A stretch of DNA of 32,000 nucleotides from Cupriavidus necator (GTDB lineage: Bacteria; Pseudomonadota; Gammaproteobacteria; Burkholderiales; Burkholderiaceae). Under the pieces are notes generated by a model. The model made no database searches. It saw nothing but the letters and a program-made list of their open reading frames with translations, and was not told the DNA's origin. The stretch spans positions 2,580,001 through 2,612,000 of the forward strand of contig NZ_CP066019.1 in the NCBI RefSeq assembly GCF_016127575.1. Direction: 5' to 3'. Position 1 is the stretch's first letter, and each line of letters starts with the position of its first letter. Shown piece after piece: positions 1-8,294 of the stretch. The position numbers and the translations under genes were made by a program.

Positions 1-456
1 CCAAGGGTCATACCGATCCGCCTCCCAATAAGGCGAAATCCCGTAATACTGGTGAATGCTGGTCGCCCACTGCGAATCCGCCATGCTGGGCCAGTGGTCC
101 TTGTCAAACCCCGGCGCGGCCTTGAGCCGATCCCTTTCAACACCAAGCACAAAACACTTGCGCCGCGTATCGAGCGTGAGCGCCGACCACGGCAAGGCGA
201 AGAGTTTTTCACCAATGCCAAGGAAGCCGCCCATGGCCAGCACCGCGTAGGCCACGCGCCCACCCAGCACGTCGATCATGATGTGGTCGATGGTGCCGAT
301 ATCGTCGCCGGCGGGGTCAACCACCTTGTTGCCCTCGAGCGTGTCGGCTGCCATCACGAATGGGCCAGGGCCCGGGGAATCGCGGTCGATGCCGCCGACG
401 ATGGATGCGCCGTGCGGCGGCCGTTCTTCAGGGGGCTCAGGTTGGACTCGGGTCAT
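1..456 (-). CDS. PRC-barrel domain protein (3' end runs off the left window edge)
   Basis: My own minus-strand translation from ATG 456-454 reads MTRVQPEPPEERPPHGASIVGGIDRDSPGPGPFVMAADTLEGNKVVDPAGDDIGTIDHIMIDVLGGRVAYAVLAMGGFLGIGEKLFALPWSALTLDTRRKCFVLGVERDRLKAAPGFDKDHW... and stays open in frame to position 1. It is missing from the ORF track because it has no stop in the window. The VVD-x-G-x-x-IG-x-I...GRV-x-YAVL-x-x-GGFLGIG-x-K-x-F-x-x-PW pattern is typical of PRC-barrel proteins. An ACGGAGA Shine-Dalgarno lies 5 nt before the ATG. Confidence 0.75.
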   Translation of the reverse strand, partial: MTRVQPEPPEERPPHGASIVGGIDRDSPGPGPFVMAADTLEGNKVVDPAGDDIGTIDHIMIDVLGGRVAYAVLAMGGFLGIGEKLFALPWSALTLDTRRKCFVLGVERDRLKAAPGFDKDHWPSMADSQWATSIHQYYGISPYWEADRYDPW

Positions 457-542
457 GGCTATCTCCGTTTGGCGGGCCGCGGCGCGGGGCCCTGGGTAGA
501 ATCCCGCCGCGGCACCTGGACTCAGGGTTGCGGAAATGCGCT

Positions 543-1118
<576 letters not shown>

Positions 1119-1925
1119 TCAGGCGCTCATGTGGCGCGGGAACCTGACGGCGATGCAAACCCTGATCCGGTCGTTATCGCAGCCATCGCTTTCCGCGCTC
1201 AGCGCCGCCCCGTGCATTTCGACCATGCGGCGCGTCAGCAGCAGCGCGCTGCTCTGCCGGGCCGGGGTCGCGCCGTCCGGCGCCGCCCGGCGCCCGAAGA
1301 AATCGGTCAGCGCGGTCAGCCGGCTGGCGCTGCGCTGCTGGTCCAGCGGCGGGCTCTCGGTAATGCGCAGCTTCACGTGATCCGGCTCGCTCAACACCTG
1401 CACGCCGACCGAGCCGCCGGCCGGCGCGCGCCAGATGCAATGCACCAGCAGGTGCCGCAGCAGCGGGGCCAGCCGCTCGGCGTCGCCATCGATCAGATAG
1501 GCTGCTTCCGACGAATCCGCCGCACCGTCAGTGGCGACCGGCGACAGCAGCACGCCACGGGCTTCGGCGGTGGGACGCCGGTCGGCAATGGCCTGGGCCG
1601 TGAGCGCCAGCAGGTCCAGGCGCTGCCAGCGCGGTGCGCTCTCGTCGGCCAGCAGCCGCACGGCCTCTTCCATCTCCTCGATCAGCGCCAGCTGCTGCTG
1701 CATGCCGAAGCGAATCCCGTCCAGCGCGCGCTGCGCGGGCGCCGGCATGGTATCGAAGGCACGGTCCAGCACGTAGGCCCAGCTCTGGATGGCGTTCAGC
1801 GACGAACGCAGGTCATGCGCCGATTGCTCGATCAGCGCGCTCACCTCTTGCACGCTGCGCACGGCGCCGGCCGGCGAGGAAAGCGGAGCGTCCGGCATCG
1901 CGGATTGCGGGGGGTGCTGCGTCAT
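1119..1925 (-). CDS. soluble histidine-kinase-like protein with an intact H-box but degenerate ATP-binding boxes
   Basis: ORF 1119..2003(-). The H-box is SAHDLRSSLNAIQSWAYVL. The C-terminal region aligns to a HATPase fold, but the DxGxG and GxGLG positions read ITESPPL and SSALLL. Start chosen at ATG 1925 (MTQHPPQ) because third-position GC drops upstream of it; the start is uncertain. The gene lies directly downstream of the response-regulator gene on the same strand. Confidence 0.7.
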   Translation of the reverse strand: MTQHPPQSAMPDAPLSSPAGAVRSVQEVSALIEQSAHDLRSSLNAIQSWAYVLDRAFDTMPAPAQRALDGIRFGMQQQLALIEEMEEAVRLLADESAPRWQRLDLLALTAQAIADRRPTAEARGVLLSPVATDGAADSSEAAYLIDGDAERLAPLLRHLLVHCIWRAPAGGSVGVQVLSEPDHVKLRITESPPLDQQRSASRLTALTDFFGRRAAPDGATPARQSSALLLTRRMVEMHGAALSAESDGCDNDRIRVCIAVRFPRHMSA

Positions 1926-2065
1926 GTGCGGCTCGGCATTGGCACGTCCCCGGCCGGATTGGCCGGGTTGTATGCGTTGGAGGAAGCAAGAAACGTGCTG
2001 CACAGGGCGCTGCGGCTCACTGGCACGGGCCCGATCCCCGCTAACGCAGGCGCTGCCTCACGCCA

Positions 2066-3466
2066 TCAGCCGGTAGCCGACGAACCGGTGTCGTTGCGCG
2101 AGGCGCGCAGCCACTCTGGCAATTCGCCGCGGGCGGCATAATCTTCCAGCCGGTTGTACAAAGTCTTCAGGCTGATGCCGAGGATCTCGGCCGCGTGCTT
2201 CTTCACCCCCGCGCATTGCTCCAGCGTGGCGAAGATCAGCTGCCGGTCGGCATCGGCAAGGGACATGCCCACCGGCACCGACACCACCGCCGCGCCCGGC
2301 GCCTGCGTGGCCGCGACCTGCAGCGGCACCTGCACTTCGGTGATGAGGTCGTCGTCGGACATGATGAAGGCGCGCTGCACGAAGTTGCGCAGCTCGCGCA
2401 CATTGCCGGGCCAGGCGTGCAGGCGCAGGCTGTCCAGCACATTGGGCGCGAAGCGGCGCTGGGTGCCCTGCTCGGCATTGAGCTGGTCCAGCATCAGGTT
2501 GGCGATCTGGATCACGTCGTCGCCGCGCGCGCGCAGCGGCGGCAGTTCTACCGGGAACACGTTCAGCCTGTGGAACAGGTCCGCGCGCAGCTTGCCGTCG
2601 GCCACCGCATCTTCAGGGTTGCGGTTGGTGGCGGCCAGCACGCGCACATCGGCATGGCATTCGCGGTTGGTGCCCACGCGCATGAAGGTGCCGGTCTCCA
2701 GCACGCGCAGCAGCTTGACCTGCAGCTCGGCGGGCATCTCGGTGATCTCGTCCAGGAACAGAGTGCCGCCGTCGGCGCGCTCGAAATAGCCCTTGTGCTG
2801 GCGGTCCGCGCCGGTAAAGCTGCCGCGCTCGTGGCCGAACATCTCGCTTTCAATCAGCGTGGGCGAGATCGCGCCGCAGTTGACCGCCAGGAACGGCTGC
2901 CGCCGCCGCGACGAGAGCTCGTGCACGGTCTGCGCGGCCAGTTCCTTGCCGGTGCCGCTTTCGCCGATCAGCAGTACCGTGGCTTCAGTCGGGGCCACGC
3001 GGGCAAGCTGGTCGTAGACCACCTGCATCACTTCGGAACTGCCCATCAGCCGGCCGAAACGGCCGTAGCGGCGCAACTCGCCGCGCAGCGAATGGATCTC
3101 GGCGCGCAACTCGCCGGTGGTGGCCAGGCGCCTGAGCACGGTCTGCAGCCGCGCCACGTTGATGGGCTTGACCAGGTAATCGGTGGCACCGGCGCGCAGC
3201 GCTTCGACCGCGCTTTCCACACTGGCATAACCGGTCGTGAGGATCACTTCGACGCCCGAGGCGCCAACCTCGTCGAACAGCTCCATGCCGTTGCCGTCCG
3301 GCAGGCGCAGGTCCGCCACAATCGCCTCCGGCATGCGCCAGCCGATCTGCAGCCGTGCCTCGCGCAGGGTGCCCGCCGTGGCGGAGCTGAAGCCTTCCAT
3401 GGCCACGATCTCGGCTAGCGCGGCACATGCGTTTTCGTCGTCATCGACAATCAGGATGTGGGGCAT
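2066..3466 (-). CDS. sigma54-dependent response regulator (NtrC family: receiver + AAA+ + Fis-type HTH)
   Basis: The receiver is [11 protein letters not shown]...[13 protein letters not shown] with the acceptor Asp present. Walker A is GESGTGKE. The sigma54-contact loop is ERGSFTGA. The C-terminal HTH is [16 protein letters not shown]. Confidence 0.95.
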   Translation of the reverse strand: MPHILIVDDDENACAALAEIVAMEGFSSATAGTLREARLQIGWRMPEAIVADLRLPDGNGMELFDEVGASGVEVILTTGYASVESAVEALRAGATDYLVKPINVARLQTVLRRLATTGELRAEIHSLRGELRRYGRFGRLMGSSEVMQVVYDQLARVAPTEATVLLIGESGTGKELAAQTVHELSSRRRQPFLAVNCGAISPTLIESEMFGHERGSFTGADRQHKGYFERADGGTLFLDEITEMPAELQVKLLRVLETGTFMRVGTNRECHADVRVLAATNRNPEDAVADGKLRADLFHRLNVFPVELPPLRARGDDVIQIANLMLDQLNAEQGTQRRFAPNVLDSLRLHAWPGNVRELRNFVQRAFIMSDDDLITEVQVPLQVAATQAPGAAVVSVPVGMSLADADRQLIFATLEQCAGVKKHAAEILGISLKTLYNRLEDYAARGELPEWLRASRNDTGSSATG

Positions 3467-3681
3467 ACGATCCGTCAGTGAGACCTATTGGAAACTTGGG
3501 CGAAATCCGCTGGCGCCTCCGTTCGCGGGCCACGGCGGTCACGCTGCCGGGCTCGGGCACGCCCGCCGCCACGCTCCATGCAAGGCGTGGCGCGACAGGC
3601 ACAGGGGCGGCACGGGTCTCGACTGCGACATTGTCAGTCGGTTGCACAAGTCCACTGCGTAATGCCAGTCTAAGCGCGGGC

Positions 3682-3697
3682 AGGCACGGTCGTTGCC
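3682..3697 (+). promoter_or_regulatory. sigma54 (RpoN) -24/-12 promoter motif upstream of the receiver-less activator gene
   Basis: AGGCACGgtcgTTGCC has exact GG-N10-GC spacing. It lies in the divergent intergenic region, oriented toward the GTG start at 3823, with a predicted transcription start near 3708. Confidence 0.55.
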
Positions 3698-3822
3698 GGT
3701 GTCCGTCTGACACAGCTGTCGGATGTTTCCGCGCGGGCTCAGACACCTATGGCAAGCCCCTGCGCCAAAGGCTAGCATAGGAACTTCTCACGACAAGCCC
3801 GCCCCCGACCGAGGCCTTCATT

Positions 3823-4884
3823 GTGCCCGTGACCGCCAGCACATCGCGGCGCAGCAACGCCGCTCTCTCTGGGCAGCCCGCCAGCCACGCCGCCAGCACA
3901 TCCGAGCCGGCGCGCGAGCCCGCGCCGCGCCGTGCCATACCCTCGCAGGTGTCGCTGCTGTGGGAAAGCGCGTCGCCCGCCATGCAACGCCTGCTGGCCC
4001 AGATCGAGCGCGTGGCGCCCACCGATGTCACCATGCTTGCGGTAGGCGAAAGCGGCTCCGGCAAGGAAGTGGTGGCGCGCGCGGTACATGAGCGCAGCGC
4101 GCGCCGCAACGGCCCCTTCATTGCGGTCAACTGCGGGGCGATCCAACCCACACTGATCGAGTCGGAACTGTTCGGCCACGAGAAAGGCGGCTTTACCGGC
4201 GCGATCGAGCAGAAGGCAGGCTACTTCGAGCAGGCCCATGGGGGCACGCTGTTTCTCGACGAAGTCACTGAAATGCCGCTCGAGATGCAGATCAAGTTGT
4301 TGCGGGTGCTGGAAGGCCGCACCTTCCACCGCGTCGGCGGCGACACGCCCATCGCCACCGACGTGCGCATCCTGGCAGCCACCAACCGCGACCCGGTCGA
4401 GGCAGCGCGTGCCGGCCAGTTGCGTGAAGACCTGCTGTACCGGCTGGCCGTGTTCCCACTGCATATCCCGCCGCTGCGCGAGCGGCCCGACGATATCGTG
4501 CCGCTGGCACGCCACTTCCTGGCCGAGTACAACGCCATGGAGCGCACCGACAAGGCCTTCTCGGCCGCCTCGCTGGAGCGGCTGGTGCGCTATGACTGGC
4601 CGGGCAATGTGCGCGAGCTGAAGAACGCCGTCTACCGCGCCTTTATCCTGGCCGACAAGGTCGTGGAGATCGGCAACCCCAACCTGGCCACGCAGCCGCC
4701 GCGGCCCACCACGGTAGACGGCGTGGTCAGCGTGCGCGTCGGCACCACGCTGGCCGACACCCAGCGCGAAATCATCATGGCCACGCTGGCGCGCTTTGAC
4801 GGCGACAAGCGCCAGGCCGCGCGCGCGCTCGGCATCAGCCTGAAGACGCTGTACAACCGGCTGGACGCCTACCGCTCCTTGTAA
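3823..4884 (+). CDS. sigma54 enhancer-binding protein lacking any N-terminal sensory or receiver domain (AAA+ + HTH only)
   Basis: About 45 low-complexity residues are followed directly by the AAA+ core ([36 protein letters not shown]) and the C-terminal [19 protein letters not shown]. The GTG start is as given in the ORF track. Confidence 0.9.
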   Translation: MPVTASTSRRSNAALSGQPASHAASTSEPAREPAPRRAIPSQVSLLWESASPAMQRLLAQIERVAPTDVTMLAVGESGSGKEVVARAVHERSARRNGPFIAVNCGAIQPTLIESELFGHEKGGFTGAIEQKAGYFEQAHGGTLFLDEVTEMPLEMQIKLLRVLEGRTFHRVGGDTPIATDVRILAATNRDPVEAARAGQLREDLLYRLAVFPLHIPPLRERPDDIVPLARHFLAEYNAMERTDKAFSAASLERLVRYDWPGNVRELKNAVYRAFILADKVVEIGNPNLATQPPRPTTVDGVVSVRVGTTLADTQREIIMATLARFDGDKRQAARALGISLKTLYNRLDAYRSL

Positions 4885-6881
4885 GGCAGCGGCGCGGCCA
4901 GCGCGCGCGACAGGGCCTCGATCGCCAGCGGCTTGGTCAGGTAGGCATGGAAGCCGGCCAGTTCGCTGCGCCGCTGGTCTTCGGCAGTGCAGCGCCCAGT
5001 CAGCGCCAGGAACTGCACCGCGCGCGGGGCGCACGCCTGGCGCAATGCCGGCAGGACTTCAAAGCCCGACATGTCGGGCATTTCCAGGTCGAGCAGCACG
5101 CAATCCGGGCGGAATTCGGCAACCAGGTCCAGTGCCTGCTGGCCGCCATGGGCGGCGCGCGCCTCATGGCCGAGCAGGCCCAGCAGCTCGGCCATGCTGT
5201 CAGCCGAATCGGCATTGTCGTCCACCACCAGCACGCGGCGCCGCGGCACCGGCCCTGGCGGCGGCGTGCCGGCCTCGCGGCGGCGGGCGCTGGCGCGCGG
5301 CAGGATCACGGTGAAGGTGCTGCCCTTGCCCGCGCCACCGCTGTCGGCCTGGATCGCGCCGCCGTGCGCTTCCACCACGGCCTTGGCCAGCGCCAGCCCG
5401 ATGCCCAGGCCGCCGCGGCTGCCGGCGCCGGCCTCCTGCGCGAACAGGTCGAAGATGCGGTCCAGCGCCGCCGGCGCGAGACCCCGGCCGGTATCCGACA
5501 CGGCGGTGATGACGCGCGCTGACTCCACGCTCACATGCACGCTGACGATACCGCCGCGCGGGGTGTACTTGACCGCATTGCTGAGCAGGTTCAGCAGCAC
5601 CTGCCCCAGCCGCGCGGCGTCGGCGCGCACATAGGGCGAGCTTGCCGGCAGCGCCAACACGAGCCGCTGGCCGGCGGCTTCCAGCACCGGGCGGATTGCC
5701 TCGATGCTGGTGGTTACCACGTCGTTGTACGAGGTGGGCGTCAGCTCCATCTTCAGCTTGCCGGCGGTCACGCGGCCTACGTCGAGCAGGTCGTTCACCA
5801 GCCGCTCCAGCTGGTGCAGCTGGCGGTCGATGATCCCGGCGCAGCGGCGCACGCGCGTGTCGGCATCCGGGGTCAGCTCGATCACTTCGACTGCGTTGCG
5901 CACCGCCGCCAGGGGATTGCGTAGTTCATGCGCCAGGATGGCCAGGAACGATTGCAGCCGGCGGCTGCCGGCCTCCAGCATTTCCAGCCGCAGCGCATCG
6001 CTCAGGTCGCGCACGGTCCACAGCAGGCTGGTCGGGCAGCCGGCGGCGTCGCGCACCAGCACCATGCGCGTATGGCAACGCACCACCGAGCCGTCCTTGC
6101 GTGCCACGCGCTCTTCGCCGGCCCACTGGCCGCACGCGCGCGCGGCTTCCAGCGCCGCGCGGTCGCGCCCCGCGGCGGCATCCTGGCGGGAATAGAGCAG
6201 TGCCAGCGGCTGGCCGACGGCTTCGGCCTCGACGTAGCCGGCCAGCGCCTGCGCGCCGACGTTCCAGCTGCGGATGGTGCCGTCCAGGTCAAGTTCGCAC
6301 ACCGCGGTGCCGGGCAGGTTTTCAGCCAGCAGCCGCATCCGGGTATCGGCGAGCCGGGCATGCTCGGATGCAGCCTGCTGCACGGTAATGTCGCGGCACG
6401 ACACGATAAAGCCGGCGGCCTGGCCTGCCGCGGACTCCACGGACGAGGCATCGCCATGCCTGGCCGCTACGTCCGGCCCGTCGGCAGCGCCAATGGCCCG
6501 CATGAGGCAGGACGCCTGCAACAGGCTGCCGTCGCGCCGCACGCGCCAGCCCTGGTCGCGCGCGCTGCCTCCGAGTGCGGCCGCCTGCAGCCATTGCTGC
6601 GGCAGGCCGGCAGCGACATCGTCAGGACGATGCAGGCAGGAAAAGTGACGGCCGGTGATTTCCTCGGCGCTGTAGCCGAACACGCGCCGCGCGGCATCCG
6701 GCCACATCGCAATACACCCGTGCGCATCAGTCTCGAACACGGCGCAGTCTTCCACCGCGTCGAGCAGGCGCCGGTACTGTGCCGCCAGCAGGAGGCCGGC
6801 ATCGTCCGCCAGGGTGCAGTCCGGCTCGCCGACGAGTGACGTACGGATGCCTTTTGCCGCATGCGGCTCGGACATGAGCAT
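4869..6881 (-). CDS. hybrid sensor histidine kinase (multiple PAS + HisKA + HATPase + C-terminal receiver)
   Basis: PAS-like repeats are present ([18 protein letters not shown]; [25 protein letters not shown]). The H-box is [16 protein letters not shown]-boxes are SDTGRGL and [11 protein letters not shown]. The receiver is [11 protein letters not shown]...[12 protein letters not shown]. Start set at ATG 6881 (MLMSEPH) or 6875, rather than the ORF maximum at 6965. The 3' end overlaps the convergent activator gene by 16 nt. Confidence 0.9.
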   Translation of the reverse strand: MLMSEPHAAKGIRTSLVGEPDCTLADDAGLLLAAQYRRLLDAVEDCAVFETDAHGCIAMWPDAARRVFGYSAEEITGRHFSCLHRPDDVAAGLPQQWLQAAALGGSARDQGWRVRRDGSLLQASCLMRAIGAADGPDVAARHGDASSVESAAGQAAGFIVSCRDITVQQAASEHARLADTRMRLLAENLPGTAVCELDLDGTIRSWNVGAQALAGYVEAEAVGQPLALLYSRQDAAAGRDRAALEAARACGQWAGEERVARKDGSVVRCHTRMVLVRDAAGCPTSLLWTVRDLSDALRLEMLEAGSRRLQSFLAILAHELRNPLAAVRNAVEVIELTPDADTRVRRCAGIIDRQLHQLERLVNDLLDVGRVTAGKLKMELTPTSYNDVVTTSIEAIRPVLEAAGQRLVLALPASSPYVRADAARLGQVLLNLLSNAVKYTPRGGIVSVHVSVESARVITAVSDTGRGLAPAALDRIFDLFAQEAGAGSRGGLGIGLALAKAVVEAHGGAIQADSGGAGKGSTFTVILPRASARRREAGTPPPGPVPRRRVLVVDDNADSADSMAELLGLLGHEARAAHGGQQALDLVAEFRPDCVLLDLEMPDMSGFEVLPALRQACAPRAVQFLALTGRCTAEDQRRSELAGFHAYLTKPLAIEALSRALAAPLPYKER

Positions 6882-6952
6882 ACCTTCTGTGTGATGGGGA
6901 AGACAGCAGGCCCCGTGCGCGGGCGGCCTGGCGCCGCCGCCCGGCGGAGGCC

Positions 6953-6978
6953 CGAATGCCCGCAACTGCGGGCATTCG
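6953..6978 (-). terminator. 11-bp perfect hairpin downstream of the SDR gene (no U-tract)
   Basis: CGAATGCCCGC-aact-GCGGGCATTCG lies between the SDR stop (7034) and the kinase start (6881). No T-run follows on either strand, so it may be a processing or attenuation hairpin rather than a strong terminator. Confidence 0.4.
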
Positions 6979-7033
6979 AGTCAATGATAGGCGTTCGCGG
7001 CCCACGCGCCACCAATGTGCGCAGCACAGGACA

Positions 7034-8041
7034 CTAGCGCTTGTGCCGCAACTGGTACACCGCGGCAACCGCGGCGGAGGCGCCCACCACCAGCGCAGTG
7101 GCCAGCATCGGGTGCCGCGCGGTGGTGGTGTAGGGGCAGGAGTGCAGCGCGTTGTGGCTGCCGCTGCGTTCCTGCAGGCCGCTGCCGCTGCCATACAGCG
7201 CGTTGTCCTCGAGCGGACCCGCGGGGTGATGCGTCTGTTGCGCGCGGCCCATGAAGCGGCGCATGAAGCGGTCGAAGGTGTGCGGCGCGTGGTACGCCGC
7301 GGCCGAGAACGCCTTGGCGGCAGCACCGACGAAAAGCTCGCGGCGCGGGTTCGCGGCAGCAAACAGGATCGCGTCGGCCGCCAGCGCCGGGTCATACAGC
7401 GGCGGCGGCATGCGCGGCTCGACATCGAGGAAATTCTTGGCGTGCATCGCCAGCGGCGTTTCCAGTCCGGCAGGCTTGATCAGCGTCACGCTGACCGGCG
7501 CCTGCTCCTGCTCCAGTTCCAGCCGCAGCGAATCGGTAAAGCCCTTGATCGCGTGCTGCGAGGCCGCATAGGCGCTCTGCAGCGGCAGCGGGCCGTCCGC
7601 CGCCTCGCTGCCCATGTTGATGATGGCGCCGCCGTGCTCGCGCAGGTGCGCGGCCGCCGCCAGCGAGCCATGCACGGTGCCCCAGTAGTTGGTATCGAAC
7701 AGCCGCCGCTGGTCTTCCAGCGGCACGTCGCAATGGCGGCCGAAGATGGTCACGCCGGCGTTGTTGATCCAGGTATCGAAGCCACCGAAGCGCTCGATCG
7801 CAGCCTGCGCCACCTTGCCAACCTCTTCATGCTTGCCGACATCGGCCACCACGGTGATGACTTCATTGCCATGGTCGCGCAGCTCTTCGGCCAGCTGGTG
7901 CAGCGAGCCCTCGCTGCGCGCCACCAGCACCAGCCGCGCGCCCTGCTGCGCCGCCTTGCGCGCCGTCACCAGGCCCACGCCGCTGCTGGCACCGGTCAGG
8001 ACGATGACCTGCGAGCCAATGTTCTTCAGGGTTGGTTTCAT
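7034..8041 (-). CDS. short-chain dehydrogenase/reductase (SDR) with an extended C-terminus ending in a hydrophobic anchor
   Basis: Starts MKPTLKNIGSQVIVLTGASSGVGL (TGxxxGxG Rossmann motif) and carries NNAG and the YAASQHAIKG catalytic Tyr-x3-Lys. The C-terminus is MLATALVVGASAAVAAVYQL. A GAGGAG Shine-Dalgarno precedes ATG 8041; the ORF-track start at 8278 is an upstream extension. Confidence 0.9.
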   Translation of the reverse strand: MKPTLKNIGSQVIVLTGASSGVGLVTARKAAQQGARLVLVARSEGSLHQLAEELRDHGNEVITVVADVGKHEEVGKVAQAAIERFGGFDTWINNAGVTIFGRHCDVPLEDQRRLFDTNYWGTVHGSLAAAAHLREHGGAIINMGSEAADGPLPLQSAYAASQHAIKGFTDSLRLELEQEQAPVSVTLIKPAGLETPLAMHAKNFLDVEPRMPPPLYDPALAADAILFAAANPRRELFVGAAAKAFSAAAYHAPHTFDRFMRRFMGRAQQTHHPAGPLEDNALYGSGSGLQERSGSHNALHSCPYTTTARHPMLATALVVGASAAVAAVYQLRHKR

Positions 8042-8095
8042 CGCCGCTTCTCCTCGGGGAGGCCCGGCACGGTGCCGGGCATGCCGCTGGGGAGT

Positions 8096-8111
8096 CGCAA
8101 GGAGCGTTCCT
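8096..8111 (-). promoter_or_regulatory. weaker sigma54-like -24/-12 motif upstream of the SDR gene
   Basis: The minus strand reads AGGAACGctccTTGCG. GG-N10-GC spacing is exact and 9 of 12 fixed positions match. The predicted start near 8085 is 44 nt before ATG 8041. Confidence 0.35.
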
Positions 8112-8294
8112 GTCCGGGGCGGCCCTGGCTGGCGGCGCCACGGCAGGCGGGCTGCCGCAGATTTACAACACCCGGTAAGAACCACATGGCGCGACGCGCA
8201 TGGGGCTGCCGCCGGGCGCTGTAGGACGGGCGCCGATTTCAGCGGCGGCATGTGCTGCCTAAGCTGGATACATCCCACCTAACCGGCGACAGCA

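Noticed and set aside
3575-3587. A 13-nt exact copy, TCCATGCAAGGCG, of the -12 half of the 951-966 sigma54 motif (also at 947-959). It is oriented toward the response-regulator operon.
   Set aside because: On the minus strand it reads CGCGCCACGCCTTGCATGGA. The position that must be GG at -24 is GC, so it does not satisfy the essential GG-N10-GC rule. I treat it as a coincidence or a decayed element, not a promoter.
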